A stretch of 64,000 bases of DNA from an uncultured Micrococcales bacterium (GTDB taxonomy: Bacteria; Actinomycetota; Actinomycetes; Actinomycetales; Microbacteriaceae). Where the stretch lies: contig CAILDA010000008.1 of the NCBI GenBank assembly GCA_903832875.1, positions 4,012 to 68,011 of the forward strand, in the 5' to 3' direction. Positions 32,931 to 43,057 of this stretch are shown here, piece after piece. The stretch's first letter is position 1; each line of letters begins with the position of its first letter. The notes below the pieces were generated by a model. That model was not told the origin of the DNA and did not search any database. It saw nothing but the letters and a program-made list of their open reading frames with translations. The position numbers and the translations under genes are program-made.

Positions 32931-35156
32931 TTACTCTTCGTCTTCGTCAGATGCAGCGACTTCGCCTTCAACAACAGGTGAAAGTGAAAGCTTGCCACGG
33001 TCATCGATCTTGGTAAGTTCTACCTGAATCTTCTGACCAACAGATAGGACGTCTTCAACATTCTCAACACGCTTGCCAGCTAGCTTGCGTAGTTCAGAGA
33101 TGTGTAGAAGGCCATCCTTGCCTGGAGTCAACGAGATGAAAGCACCGAAGGTAGCTAACTTAACTACAGTTCCCAAGAAACGCTCACCAATTTCTGGTAC
33201 GTGTGGGTTTGCAATTGCGTTAACCATGGCACGAGCAGCTTCAGCTGCAGGACCATCAACAGCACCGATGTATACGGTTCCGTCGTCTTCGATAGAGATA
33301 TCTGCGCCAGTGTCCTCTTGGATCTGGTTGATCATCTTGCCCTTAGGGCCAATGACTTCACCGATCTTGTCAATTGGAATCTTCACAGAGATTATTCTCG
33401 GAGCGTTAGGTGACATCTCATCAGGAGTGTTAATAGCTTCCTTCATCAGATCAAGAATGCTCAAACGAGCTTCCTTAGCCTGAGACAGAGCGCCGGTTAG
33501 AACCTCTGTTGGAATACCGTCAAGCTTGGTGTCCAACTGAATTGCAGTAATGAATTCAGATGTACCGGCAACCTTGAAGTCCATGTCTCCTAGCGCATCT
33601 TCAGCACCCAAGATGTCAGTCAAAGCTGCATACTCGGTCTTGCCGTCAACGGTGTCAGAGATAAGACCCATAGCAATACCAGCAACAGCTGCGCGCAATG
33701 GAACACCAGCGTTTAGTAGTGACAAGGTAGATGCACAAACAGAACCCATTGAGGTTGAACCGTTTGAACCTAGAGCTTCTGATACCTGACGGATAGCGTA
33801 AGGGAATTCTTCACGGCTTGGTAGCACTGGAACCAATGCACGCTCTGCAAGAGCTCCGTGGCCAATTTCGCGACGCTTAGGAGTTCCAACACGACCAACT
33901 TCACCAGTTGAATAAGGTGGGAAGTTGTAGTTGTGCATGTATCGCTTAGAAGTAACAGGTGACAATGAGTCAATCTGCTGTTCCATCTTCAACATGTTCA
34001 AAGTAGTGATACCAAGGATCTGGGTCTCTCCACGCTGGAAGATAGCTGAACCGTGTACGCGAGGAATAACTGCAACTTCACAGTCAATCTTTCTGATGTT
34101 GCGCTTACCGCGACCATCAATACGAATACCTTCTTTTAGAACACGAGTACGAACAACATGCTTAGTTACTGACTTGTATGCGGCTGAAACCTGGTTCAGT
34201 TGAGCATCGTCTAGAGTCGTAGCAAGTTTTTCCTTAACTGAAGCCTTGAGTGCATCGTCTGCAGTCTGGCGCTCAGTCTTATCTGCGATCTGGTAGATGC
34301 TACCTAGTTCAGTTTCAGCTAGAGCTGCAACTGCTGAGTAAACCTCATCGGTGTATGGAGCAAACAGTGGGTAATCAGCAGTTGGCTTAGCAGCAAGGGC
34401 TGCAACAGCTTCCTGTGCTTTTACCAACTGAGAGATGAAAGGCTTAGCAGCTTCTAGACCTTGAGAAACAATTTCCTCGCTAGGAGCAGTTGCGCCTTCG
34501 TTCTTGATTAGGTTCCAAGAACCTTCAGTAGCTTCTGCTTCAACCATCATGATTGCAACATCTTCTTTACCATTTTCGATAACTACGCGACCAGCAACAA
34601 CCATGTTGAATACTGCACGCTCTAGCTGTGAGTGCTTAGGGAAGGCAACCCACTGACCATCGATAAGTGCAACACGAACAGCACCGATAGGACCTGAGAA
34701 TGGAAGACCAGCTAGTTGTGTTGACATAGATGCAGCGTTGATAGCTAACACGTCATACATTTCGTCCGGGTGAATTGCCCAAACAGTAACAACAACCTGG
34801 ATTTCGTTTCTTAGACCATCTGGGAAAGATGGACGTAGTGGACGGTCGATTAGACGACAAGCCAAAATAGCTTCAGTTGATGGACGGCCTTCACGACGGA
34901 AGAACGATCCTGGGATACGACCAGCTGCATACATTCTTTCTTCAACATCAATAGTTAAAGGAAAGAAGTCGAACTGATCTTTAGGGGTTTTGCCAGCGGT
35001 TGTTGCTGAGAACAACATGGTCTCTTCGTCGATATAAACTGCAGCTGCACCTTGTGCCTGCTGAGCTAGACGACCTGTTTCGAAACGAATAACACGCTTA
35101 CCGTGCTTACCGTTGTCGATGATTACTTCTTGTGCTTTGATTTCTGGACCTTCCAT
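32931..35156 (-). CDS. pnp: Polyribonucleotide nucleotidyltransferase
   Basis: FFPLT, RREIGHG and GDMDFK motifs, KH and S1 domains. Start ATG 35156 follows GAGGAGG. Confidence 0.98.
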   Translation of the reverse strand: MEGPEIKAQEVIIDNGKHGKRVIRFETGRLAQQAQGAAAVYIDEETMLFSATTAGKTPKDQFDFFPLTIDVEERMYAAGRIPGSFFRREGRPSTEAILACRLIDRPLRPSFPDGLRNEIQVVVTVWAIHPDEMYDVLAINAASMSTQLAGLPFSGPIGAVRVALIDGQWVAFPKHSQLERAVFNMVVAGRVVIENGKEDVAIMMVEAEATEGSWNLIKNEGATAPSEEIVSQGLEAAKPFISQLVKAQEAVAALAAKPTADYPLFAPYTDEVYSAVAALAETELGSIYQIADKTERQTADDALKASVKEKLATTLDDAQLNQVSAAYKSVTKHVVRTRVLKEGIRIDGRGKRNIRKIDCEVAVIPRVHGSAIFQRGETQILGITTLNMLKMEQQIDSLSPVTSKRYMHNYNFPPYSTGEVGRVGTPKRREIGHGALAERALVPVLPSREEFPYAIRQVSEALGSNGSTSMGSVCASTLSLLNAGVPLRAAVAGIAMGLISDTVDGKTEYAALTDILGAEDALGDMDFKVAGTSEFITAIQLDTKLDGIPTEVLTGALSQAKEARLSILDLMKEAINTPDEMSPNAPRIISVKIPIDKIGEVIGPKGKMINQIQEDTGADISIEDDGTVYIGAVDGPAAEAARAMVNAIANPHVPEIGERFLGTVVKLATFGAFISLTPGKDGLLHISELRKLAGKRVENVEDVLSVGQKIQVELTKIDDRGKLSLSPVVEGEVAASDEDEE

Positions 35157-35274
35157 GGTCCCTCCTCTTATCTTCATAATGAAAACGCGACAAACACCCA
35201 TAAACGATTTATAGATGCGTTTTGAACGCGCTTGAGTCCACGGCAATATCTGCCCGTTTTATTTGAGGGATGCT

Positions 35275-35332
35275 CTGGCCAACAGTAATAAATCTTGGGT
35301 AACTTGCCCCAAGGTCCACCACCACTGACCAG
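35275..35332 (-). promoter_or_regulatory. Structured pnp 5' leader (Actino-pnp-like RNA)
   Basis: Minus strand CTGGTCAGTGGTGGTGGACCTTGGG...CCCAAG...TACTGTTGGCCAG forms a long stem in the pnp 5' UTR, downstream of a TAGGCT -10. Confidence 0.7.
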
Positions 35333-35424
35333 CAAACCTGCCGTCTTGACTCCTGTCCAGCCTAACAGAGCCCCCTAGATTCACCTATAGGTTGAAGGTT
35401 TTGTTTTCTAGGGGCTTATTTGCC

Positions 35425-35970
35425 CTAGATAACAGGGGTTGCAGGCTTTAGACGCTTATTTCCCTGATCGTAAGTCTTTGAAGGCATTATGTGAAGCACT
35501 GTAACGGCTATTCCCGCGATGACAAAGAGAATAAAGCCAAAGAACGCAGTCAATGCAAGGCCAATCACAGCATCGCTGGCAACAAAGTCTTGGAAAACTT
35601 GTGATTGAAGAAAATCCTGGTTGTTCAGCAACGCTGGATCTGAAATCAAATTGGCTGAAAAAACCATGACCACAATGCCAACCAGGCCACCAATAAACAT
35701 GACAAAACCTGGGGCTATGGTCAACAACCATGTCCATGAGAAGCCAGCATCTCTGAGTCTTCTAACTGATACAGAAACAGAAGGAACTAACGTTGCGAGC
35801 GAAAACAGGTTTGCAAAGCTAAACATCGGCACAGCCACGTCAATCGAGGTCGCGACTACAGAAGCCAAAAAGGTGAAAAGGGCCCAATACCAGTATTCAG
35901 GTCGAGTTGCTGTGCCTCTAAAGTTTGCGTAATTCTTAAAACCAGCTTTGATAGCACCAACGAAATCCAT
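35425..35970 (-). CDS. DUF805 family membrane protein
   Basis: KNYANFRGTATRPEYWYW and VRRLRDAG motifs. Start ATG 35970 follows AAGGAA. Confidence 0.88.
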   Translation of the reverse strand: MDFVGAIKAGFKNYANFRGTATRPEYWYWALFTFLASVVATSIDVAVPMFSFANLFSLATLVPSVSVSVRRLRDAGFSWTWLLTIAPGFVMFIGGLVGIVVMVFSANLISDPALLNNQDFLQSQVFQDFVASDAVIGLALTAFFGFILFVIAGIAVTVLHIMPSKTYDQGNKRLKPATPVI

Positions 35971-36018
35971 GTCTTTTCCTTTGTTCTTCTCTAAAGAATA
36001 ATCCAATTAAACAAGAAA

Positions 36019-36040
36019 ACCGCCTCAAAAATGAGGCGGT
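36019..36040 (-). terminator. Intrinsic terminator after rpsO
   Basis: ACCGCCTCA-AAAA-TGAGGCGGT stem, followed by a T-rich tail on the minus strand. Confidence 0.85.
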
Positions 36041-36056
36041 ATCTTATGAAAATCAA

Positions 36057-36326
36057 TTATCGACGAAGACCTAGACGCTCAATAAGCGCACGGTAACGTT
36101 GGATCTCAACATTCTGCAAGTAACCAAGTAAACGGCGACGCTGACCAACTAGAAGCAGAAGTCCACGACGTGAGTGGTGGTCGTGCTTGTGGTCCTTTAG
36201 GTGCCCGGTTAGATCTAGGATGCGCTGAGTCATAACCGCAATCTGAACCTCTGGAGAACCTGTGTCACCTGGGTGTGTTGCAAAAGCTGTGATAATTTCT
36301 GTTTTCTTAGTAGCGTTCAGTGCCAT
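36057..36326 (-). CDS. rpsO: 30S ribosomal protein S15
   Basis: [10 protein letters not shown] and [12 protein letters not shown] motifs. Start ATG 36326. Confidence 0.99.
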   Translation of the reverse strand: MALNATKKTEIITAFATHPGDTGSPEVQIAVMTQRILDLTGHLKDHKHDHHSRRGLLLLVGQRRRLLGYLQNVEIQRYRALIERLGLRR

Positions 36327-36415
36327 TTCGTTTCCTCTCGAGGCTCGCTGCGCGGCGCTATAAACCTTGTGTCTAAAGCTCTGTGGATCCGCGGCCGGTT
36401 CACGGCAACCTGACA
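36327..36415 (-). promoter_or_regulatory. rpsO (S15) leader RNA, probable autogenous control element
   Basis: GC-rich structured leader (GGTTGCCGTG...GCCGCGGATCC...CGCCGCGCAGCGAGCC) between a TATGAT -10 and the rpsO start. Confidence 0.6.
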
Positions 36416-36454
36416 ATCATAGCCGAGATTGGGATGGAGTTCCACCCCTCCCAG

Positions 36455-37381
36455 TTAGCTAAGGATGGCTCTAATCTTGTCTAAGTCTCTGTTGATTTCA
36501 GCTACTAGGTCCTCAACTCCGTTGAACTTAGCTGCATCTCTGATGAACTCAACATACTCGACGGTGATTACTTTCTCATACAGATCTAAACCGGTGACAT
36601 CAATTACGTGGGCTTCTAAGAGCCTAGGAACAGCAGTAAAAGTCTCATTTATGCCAACAGATAAGGCAGTCATGTATCTTTCACCATCTGCATAAAGCCA
36701 GCCAGCATAGACAGCATCCTTAGGCAAGAACCCCTCTGCGTCTCTAGAGATGTTTGCAGTTGGAAAGCCAATCTCACGCCCAATCTTTAGACCGTGTTCA
36801 ACCTCTCCCCTAGTGCAGTGGAGTCTTCCTAAGAACTTAGCTGCAGTCTTGACATCTCCAGCCTCTAGAAGGTTACGAATGTGGGTGGTTGACACTCGAA
36901 CACCGTCAATCTCAACGCTGGGAACAACGAGAACTGTGAACCCAAGTTCCTTACCAAGATCACTGAGGGTCTTCACATCACCTTCCTGACCAGAGCCAAA
37001 CTTAAAGTCCTCACCAATGACAACGGCCTTAGCCCCTAAGCCCAAAACCAAGATTTGTTCAACAAACTCTCGCGCACTTAGCCCAGCCAAAGCTTCATCG
37101 AATGGCAAGGTAACCAGCAGCTCGATGCCTGACTCTTCTAAAAGCTCGGCTTTTTGAATTGGTCCAATAAGTGCAAACGGTGAAGTCTTCGGGTTTAGGT
37201 AAGAACCAGGGTGCTTATCAAAAGTAACTAGGGCTGGAACAAGCATGTGCTCTTCAGAGAGGTTAACTGTTTCGGCAATCAGAGCCTGGTGGCCTAGATG
37301 AATTCCATCAAACTTGCCTATGGTGACTACTGCTGCCCCCAGCTCTGCTGGGACTAAATCAATACTGACTACACTGATCAA
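36455..37381 (-). CDS. ribF: Bifunctional riboflavin kinase/FAD synthetase
   Basis: GKFDGIHLGH, VSTTHIR, GFPTAN and LEAH motifs. Confidence 0.95.
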   Translation of the reverse strand: MISVVSIDLVPAELGAAVVTIGKFDGIHLGHQALIAETVNLSEEHMLVPALVTFDKHPGSYLNPKTSPFALIGPIQKAELLEESGIELLVTLPFDEALAGLSAREFVEQILVLGLGAKAVVIGEDFKFGSGQEGDVKTLSDLGKELGFTVLVVPSVEIDGVRVSTTHIRNLLEAGDVKTAAKFLGRLHCTRGEVEHGLKIGREIGFPTANISRDAEGFLPKDAVYAGWLYADGERYMTALSVGINETFTAVPRLLEAHVIDVTGLDLYEKVITVEYVEFIRDAAKFNGVEDLVAEINRDLDKIRAILS

Positions 37382-37386
37382 TTTGG

Positions 37387-37770
37387 CTAACTCTTCCTAC
37401 CTGAAAGCCACCAAAGACCAAATATTGGTAAAGCTAGAGGTATAAACCCATAGCCCACACCAAAGAATGACCACACTGTTGGGTGAGCAAATAGTGACGG
37501 TACTAAGACAGACAAAAGTCCTATGGTGAGCACCCCAATCAACTCGAAAGTCAATGTGTATTTTGCCAGTGCCGCTTTGTTTCTAGCCAGAGCGAGAGTC
37601 GCTACTAAATAAACCAGTGCCGAGAAAAGACTTAGCCAGTAAGCAAGCGGAGCTTCGTCATATCTTCGAATGAGTTGGTAAGTAGCCCTCACGGTAGCCG
37701 AAATTGCGAAGACTCCGTAAATTGCAACGACCAAGTTTCCAACACCACGACCTGCACGCTCTTGACCCAT
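37387..37770 (-). CDS. Conserved actinobacterial integral membrane protein
   Basis: About 4 TM segments, TVWSFFGVGYGFIPL. Confidence 0.8.
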   Translation of the reverse strand: MGQERAGRGVGNLVVAIYGVFAISATVRATYQLIRRYDEAPLAYWLSLFSALVYLVATLALARNKAALAKYTLTFELIGVLTIGLLSVLVPSLFAHPTVWSFFGVGYGFIPLALPIFGLWWLSGRKS

Positions 37771-37788
37771 AGCGTCTAGCCTAACCTG

Positions 37789-38853
37789 CTATTCAGTGGG
37801 AGTCGGTTTTGGTGTTGGTAGCCCTTGTCTAATGAAGTAAGCAGATTCAATTCGAATGTTCTCGGCTAGTGGTGCAAAGTTGTAACCACCAAGTGAGCCC
37901 TGCTGGTCAAGGCGGAGGAAGAATCTACCGACAGCTCTTGGTACCAGAGTTTCATCATTACATGTGTAGTAATTCACCGGATAAACCGCTTGGTAAGGCA
38001 CTGCAGGTTCGAAACCAGAAGCAGCACTCGGTGCGATATTCTTGTCCAACTTGACCGAAAGTGAAGAAGCAGTTTTGCTCATTGCAAACTGGCTCGCAGC
38101 TGACTGAATTCCCTCTAAATCTGGCACTGCTACAACTGGCTCGCCAGTTTCTTCATCAATACCTAGGAATACTGCAGCTGGGTATAGGCCATAGTAAACG
38201 GCGTAGCTGTAAGGGACTACAGCAATCTGCCCTAGCTCGAGAAGGGAATACTGATCACCACTCGGTGATGCAACAGGTTGAACCAAAAGATCCTTTGTTG
38301 GCTCGACATTAGAGAGTTTTAGGAAGTCAATAACAGATTGCAATGCGATTTCGTCTGCCTCTGGCAATACTGAAATTGGAAGTGAAGGCAAAGTTGTCTG
38401 AGGGTTGTCGCTAGCTAGTTCGCTCCAATCAGTGACATCCCCGGTTAGGATTCCTGCCATGTGCGCTGGAGAGATGTTGATGTTTCCAACATCTGGAAGG
38501 TTGAAAACGAATACCCCGGCATCGACCGCTACAGGAACAGTCTGCTTAGGCTCACACACAGCTGGATAAGCAGAGATTTCTGCATCTACCGGTGTGGCAG
38601 TGTCTGTAGTGACACTGAAAGTCATAGTTGGTTCTGGATCAACACATGAGTAAGAAAGAGAATCAGCCCAGCCAACAACGATGTCGTTCATATATTCTGG
38701 GGAACGCACAGAAGCATCACCTGAAACACAGGTGTAAGTCATTTCATCAAGTGCTGCTTGAACTTCAGGAGGCATTGGTGGGTCACAAGCGGTCAAAGCT
38801 AAAGTCGCAGATGATGCGATAAGTGCACTAGCAATAAATCTTGAAATCTTCAT
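37789..38853 (-). CDS. PstS-like lipoprotein lacking phosphate-binding motifs
   Basis: Lipobox LTAC. Segment TVPVAVDAGVFVFNLP...ILTGDVTDW...NP...LP..PISV aligns by eye with the neighbouring PstS. RxxxSGT and GSG motifs are absent. Confidence 0.75.
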   Translation of the reverse strand: MKISRFIASALIASSATLALTACDPPMPPEVQAALDEMTYTCVSGDASVRSPEYMNDIVVGWADSLSYSCVDPEPTMTFSVTTDTATPVDAEISAYPAVCEPKQTVPVAVDAGVFVFNLPDVGNINISPAHMAGILTGDVTDWSELASDNPQTTLPSLPISVLPEADEIALQSVIDFLKLSNVEPTKDLLVQPVASPSGDQYSLLELGQIAVVPYSYAVYYGLYPAAVFLGIDEETGEPVVAVPDLEGIQSAASQFAMSKTASSLSVKLDKNIAPSAASGFEPAVPYQAVYPVNYYTCNDETLVPRAVGRFFLRLDQQGSLGGYNFAPLAENIRIESAYFIRQGLPTPKPTPTE

Positions 38854-38898
38854 ATGCCTAATCCTGGTCTAACTAAATAATGTCTTATAAACAAAAGA

Positions 38899-38929
38899 TA
38901 GCGCGGTTGAGATAATCTCAACCGCGCTA
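38899..38929 (-). terminator. Strong intrinsic terminator after pstS
   Basis: Perfect 14-bp inverted repeat TAGCGCGGTTGAGA-TAA-TCTCAACCGCGCTA followed by TCTTTTGTTT on the minus strand. Confidence 0.9.
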
Positions 38930-38948
38930 CCCCTAATCGTTTTTGAAA

Positions 38949-40022
38949 CTAGCCGATTGTCTTGATCTGGTTTAGCGCAGAAGTCTTTAGCGCACCACCT
39001 AGAGCAACGTAACCAAGGCTTGCAGCCTTAGCTGGGATACAGCTAGATACTACGTACTTGAAGAAGTCACCAACTGCAAGCTTTGAAGCGATTGTGCTCA
39101 CCTTTGCAGTAGGGGTTGGTACGTAGCGAGGAGCAACACCGTAGGTCACGATTGACAACTGGTAAGCACCTGAAACTGACTTGGTGAAGTCAATGTTTAG
39201 TGTTCCGTTAGTTGCATCGGTCTGACCAGTGATGATTGACTGTGCGTTGATGAACTTAGCAGCAGCTGAAGAAGTTGGGGCAACGAATGCACCAGCAGCG
39301 TTCTTTAGCTTCGCAATTGAAACATCTGCAGTGATCGCGTCTGAAAGGTCGAAGTAACCGAAACCGTTCAGAGTGTCTTCTAGAGTCTCAGAAACAAGAG
39401 TAGAAGTTGCTAGACCAGTTCCAACTACAGTTGTGTTCAACTTTGCGCCTGCAATTGCAGTTGACCAAGTTGAGCTCTTAACCCATCCCTGACCAGGTAG
39501 GTTCTGTGCAAGGTAGTTAGAGATGTTCTCGTTAGTACCTGATGAACCTGAACGGTAGAAGACCTTGATTGCCTTGTTTGGAAGAGCAATCTTGGTGTTG
39601 TTTGCCTTGATTGATGCGTCGTTCCACTTGGTTACACGACCGGTGAAGATGTCTGAGATGTTCTGTGCGGTCAGGTTTAGACCGTCAGCAACCTTAGCAG
39701 CTGTGTAAGCGAAAGCAACTGGACCACCAAGTAGTGGAACGGTTACGTAAGTTGAGGTAGGAGCAGGGCTTGTGAAAAGGCTGTCAGTTGCAGCGAAGTC
39801 GTAAGTACCTGCTAGGTAGTTGGTCTTACCAGTACCTGAACCAGTTGAAGTGTATGTAACGGTGTTGTTTGTGTAAGCACCTAGACATGCCTGCATAGCG
39901 TTGTTAGCGAATGATGAACCTGAGCCCTTGATTGACTGACCAGCAGCTTGTGCAGGTGCAGCTACAAGAACACTTACAATTACCGCAGCAGAAGCAGCGA
40001 TAGAAATGATCTTCTTGAACAT
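38949..40022 (-). CDS. pstS: Phosphate ABC transporter substrate-binding protein
   Basis: GSGSSF, TGSGTG, FAATD, TKWND and YRSGSSGTN motifs; signal peptide ending APAQA with no Cys. Confidence 0.92.
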   Translation of the reverse strand: MFKKIISIAASAAVIVSVLVAAPAQAAGQSIKGSGSSFANNAMQACLGAYTNNTVTYTSTGSGTGKTNYLAGTYDFAATDSLFTSPAPTSTYVTVPLLGGPVAFAYTAAKVADGLNLTAQNISDIFTGRVTKWNDASIKANNTKIALPNKAIKVFYRSGSSGTNENISNYLAQNLPGQGWVKSSTWSTAIAGAKLNTTVVGTGLATSTLVSETLEDTLNGFGYFDLSDAITADVSIAKLKNAAGAFVAPTSSAAAKFINAQSIITGQTDATNGTLNIDFTKSVSGAYQLSIVTYGVAPRYVPTPTAKVSTIASKLAVGDFFKYVVSSCIPAKAASLGYVALGGALKTSALNQIKTIG

Positions 40023-40108
40023 TTTTCTCCTTGTTTTTGTGTGTATCGAGTTTTCGATACCTTGATTGTTGTTGCTCTTTGCTAACTAATAACGGGATTT
40101 TGTTAGCG

Positions 40109-40141
40109 GTTTGGCTAAAGTCAGGTTAACATTTGGTTACC
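40109..40141 (-). promoter_or_regulatory. PHO-box-like 11-nt direct repeats upstream of pstS
   Basis: Minus strand GGTAACCAAAT GTTAACCTGAC TTTAGCCAAAC, resembling actinobacterial GTTCAC-type 11-nt PhoP repeats. Confidence 0.65.
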
Positions 40142-40147
40142 AGATTT

Positions 40148-40933
40148 TTAGCCGAAGTGCCCGTTCACGTAGTCATTGGTTCTCTGGTCAATTGGACCGT
40201 TGAATATCTGCTCTGTAGAGCCAAATTCCACAACTCCACCAGGGGTGTTGTCATCAGCCAAGAAGAAGGCGGTTTGGTCTGAAACACGCTGAGCTTGCTG
40301 CATATTGTGGGTAACAATAACAATTGTCATGCTGGAACTCAGCTCCTTGATGGTCTCCTCAATTCGACGAGTAGAGCCCGGGTCCAGAGCTGAACAAGGC
40401 TCATCCATGAGAAGAACCTGAGGATTCATCGCCAATGAACGTGCGATACACAGACGTTGCTGCTGCCCACCAGAGAGGGATATTGCCTGGTCATTTAGGC
40501 GATCTTTCACTTCATTCCAGATTGAGGCTCTACGGAGCGAAGTTTCTGCTACTTCGTCGCCGTTTTCAATCTTGCGACCGCTTAGGCGAAGACCACTGAG
40601 AATGTTATCTCGGATTGTCATGGTTGGGAAAGGGTTTGGCTTCTGGAAAACCATGCCGATCTTGATTCTTACTGAAACGGCGTCGAAGTCCTCGCCATAA
40701 ATGTCTTCGCCATCCAAAAATACTGAACCTGCAAGTCCCGCACCCGGAATAAGCTCGTGCATTCTGTTCAGAGTTCTGATGAAAGTTGACTTTCCACAAC
40801 CTGAAGGACCAATCAGAGCAGTCACCTTGTTCGCAGGGAACACAAGGTTTACGTCGCTAAGAACTTGACGCTGGCCAAACCAGACGCTGATGTTCTCTGA
40901 ACTAAGTGTTGAAGCTTTAGTCAAGCTGTTCAT
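40148..40933 (-). CDS. pstB: Phosphate ABC transporter ATPase
   Basis: [37 protein letters not shown] and YVNGHFG motifs. Confidence 0.97.
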   Translation of the reverse strand: MNSLTKASTLSSENISVWFGQRQVLSDVNLVFPANKVTALIGPSGCGKSTFIRTLNRMHELIPGAGLAGSVFLDGEDIYGEDFDAVSVRIKIGMVFQKPNPFPTMTIRDNILSGLRLSGRKIENGDEVAETSLRRASIWNEVKDRLNDQAISLSGGQQQRLCIARSLAMNPQVLLMDEPCSALDPGSTRRIEETIKELSSSMTIVIVTHNMQQAQRVSDQTAFFLADDNTPGGVVEFGSTEQIFNGPIDQRTNDYVNGHFG

Positions 40934-42006
40934 TTGCTTGCTTTCTCTTTGGTTGGTTTTGATTTAAGGGATTTAGATCTAGAAAGAATACGAGTAGTTC
41001 CGAACAGGATTGCAACAAGAATCATTAGTACTAGAGCTGCACCCCATGCTCGGTTCTGTGAAGGCACGAAAGCTGAACCTAGATAGTTATAAACATATGC
41101 AGGTAGGGTCATGATTTCACCGGAGAAGAGATCCCAAGATGTTCCATTGCTGATAGGGACAGTAAGAATAAGTGGCGCTGTTTCACCAATAATTCTTGCA
41201 ACACCTAGCAAAATCGCAGTAACTAGACCTGATTTTGCAGCAGGCAAAATCACTTGGAAGAAAGCTCTGTAGTTTGGGGCACCAAGGGCGAGTGCTGCGT
41301 ATCTCAGATCAACTGGAACTAGACGAAGCGCTTCTTCAGCAACGCGGGCCACTGTTGGAAGCATTAGCGGGAGCAAAGCCATTGAACCCAGAAGTCCGCT
41401 CTTCTGCCAATCCAAAGTGATGGCAATCGAGAGAATGAACAAACCAGCAACTACTGATGGAAGACCGCTAATTGCCTGGGTGAGAGTTCTAATGACTCCC
41501 TTAGTTTTGGATTGTGACTGAGTTAGGTAAATCGCCATAGCAATACCTAGCGGAACAGTAACAACAGTGGTCAGACCAACAACAAGCAGGGTTCCAATGA
41601 TTGCGTGGCCTACGCCACCATACTCAAGTGAAGTTGTGTTTGAGACGTATCGATTATTGGTAGTAAAGAACCCCCAAGACATCGCCTGCGCACCTTGAGA
41701 AACCAAAGAAACCACCACAGATGCCAAAAGAACAAGGACAAAAGTAGCAAAGAAAATTACGAGCACAATCAGTGCTGCATCGCCAACCCCACGCTTACCA
41801 AAAGCATTGAAGCCAACTACTGCGGCGGCAATAAGCTGAAGAGGAAGAAAAACTCCCAAGAGAGCCATGTTCTTATCGAGCCCAGTCAAGATGATAATCA
41901 ACACAGTTGCCGCAAGAGGAAGAACGCTAGCGAGCAGAATTTGGATTCGTCTAGCTGTGTTTACCCTTGCCCAAGGCTGGACTGCAGGTCTAGGAGCAAA
42001 ACTCAT
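40930..42006 (-). CDS. pstA: Phosphate ABC transporter permease PstA
   Basis: [17 protein letters not shown] and [10 protein letters not shown] motifs. Start ATG 42006 overlaps the pstC stop (TAATG). Confidence 0.94.
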   Translation of the reverse strand: MSFAPRPAVQPWARVNTARRIQILLASVLPLAATVLIIILTGLDKNMALLGVFLPLQLIAAAVVGFNAFGKRGVGDAALIVLVIFFATFVLVLLASVVVSLVSQGAQAMSWGFFTTNNRYVSNTTSLEYGGVGHAIIGTLLVVGLTTVVTVPLGIAMAIYLTQSQSKTKGVIRTLTQAISGLPSVVAGLFILSIAITLDWQKSGLLGSMALLPLMLPTVARVAEEALRLVPVDLRYAALALGAPNYRAFFQVILPAAKSGLVTAILLGVARIIGETAPLILTVPISNGTSWDLFSGEIMTLPAYVYNYLGSAFVPSQNRAWGAALVLMILVAILFGTTRILSRSKSLKSKPTKEKASK

Positions 42007-42992
42007 TAGTTCTTCCTCCATGGTTGAGCTCGGTTAACAATGATGCTTGCAATGAAGTTGATTCCCAACGTCAGGATGAACAAAACCAAACCAGCAGCAA
42101 TCAATCCAGAAACTTCGTCTTGGGTTGCTTCACCAAACTTAGACAAAATCATTGAAGCAACAGCTCCACCATTTGGTTCGAGAATCTGAGCCCAATTGAT
42201 GTTGAAGGTGATCTGCAAAACGTAATAAATCGCTACAGTTTCACCAAGTGCGCGACCTAGGCCAAGCAAAATTCCACCGACAACAGCACCTGCTGAGGTT
42301 GGAAAGATTACTCTTCGGAAGGTTGAGAATTTGCTGCCACCTAGAGCTAGCGCACCATTGATAAGGTCACGGTCTAGTTGGCTGAAAACTTCACGAGTAA
42401 TGCTTGTGATGATTGGCACAATCATGATCGCGACAATCCAACCCGCTATGAAAGGTGACCCACCAAAGCCATTGTCTGCTGACTTGACCTGGAAAATTGG
42501 TATCCAGCCTAAGTACTTATTTAGGATTGTCGCCCACTCTGCCGCTACCGGACTGAAGACAAACAAACCCCAGAGACCGATGATGACTGAAGGAAGTGCA
42601 GCTAATAGATCAACAAGGGTTGTCGCCACCTTAGCCAAGCGTGAAGGGAGCATAAAGACGATCAGATATGCAAGTGAGACAGCCAGAGGTGTCGCAAAAA
42701 TGACCCCTATCGCACCGATAAGCAGAGAGCCCCAGATCATCGGGCCAATTTGCATCACAATTGGGTCTTTTTGATTGTTCCACTCGGTTCCATAGACAAA
42801 TGGAAGGCCTTGAGAAGTTAGAGCAGGGAGCGCTTGAATGAAAAGAAAAACAAGAATGAAGGCTACAAGGACGAAGGCAAAGTTGGCCGCGATGGAGGTT
42901 GTTCTAAAGAACCACTTATCCCCTGTGCTCAATGGGCCAGCAGACAGCTTGCGCCTTTCTGGCACAGACTTGCTTACAGAGGATTCGCTCAT
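42006..42992 (-). CDS. pstC: Phosphate ABC transporter permease PstC
   Basis: DLLAALPSVIIGLWG, GRALGET and LIAAGLVLF motifs. Start is ATG 42992 or 43010. Confidence 0.94.
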   Translation of the reverse strand: MSESSVSKSVPERRKLSAGPLSTGDKWFFRTTSIAANFAFVLVAFILVFLFIQALPALTSQGLPFVYGTEWNNQKDPIVMQIGPMIWGSLLIGAIGVIFATPLAVSLAYLIVFMLPSRLAKVATTLVDLLAALPSVIIGLWGLFVFSPVAAEWATILNKYLGWIPIFQVKSADNGFGGSPFIAGWIVAIMIVPIITSITREVFSQLDRDLINGALALGGSKFSTFRRVIFPTSAGAVVGGILLGLGRALGETVAIYYVLQITFNINWAQILEPNGGAVASMILSKFGEATQDEVSGLIAAGLVLFILTLGINFIASIIVNRAQPWRKN

Positions 42993-43032
42993 GAATGCTA
43001 GTTTGCCCATTTAGGCTTACCGAAAGTTATTG

Positions 43033-43054
43033 TGTCGGTTAACGGAAGGTTAAC
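43033..43054 (-). promoter_or_regulatory. PHO-box-like direct repeats upstream of pstC
   Basis: Minus strand GTTAACCTTCC GTTAACCGACA: 11-nt period with the same GTTAACC core as upstream of pstS. Confidence 0.75.
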
Positions 43055-43057
43055 AAA

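Noticed and set aside
35157-35246. N-terminal extension of PNPase in the ORF track
   Set aside because: A strong GAGGAGG SD precedes ATG 35156; the upstream sequence is 5' UTR
36327-36416. 30-aa N-terminal extension of S15 in the ORF track
   Set aside because: Corresponds to the leader RNA; the SD (GAGG) and S15 homology support ATG 36326
36630-36670. RibF kinase motif reads GINETF rather than GxxPTF
   Set aside because: PTAN and the catalytic Glu (LEAH) are retained; a single substitution is not enough to claim altered function
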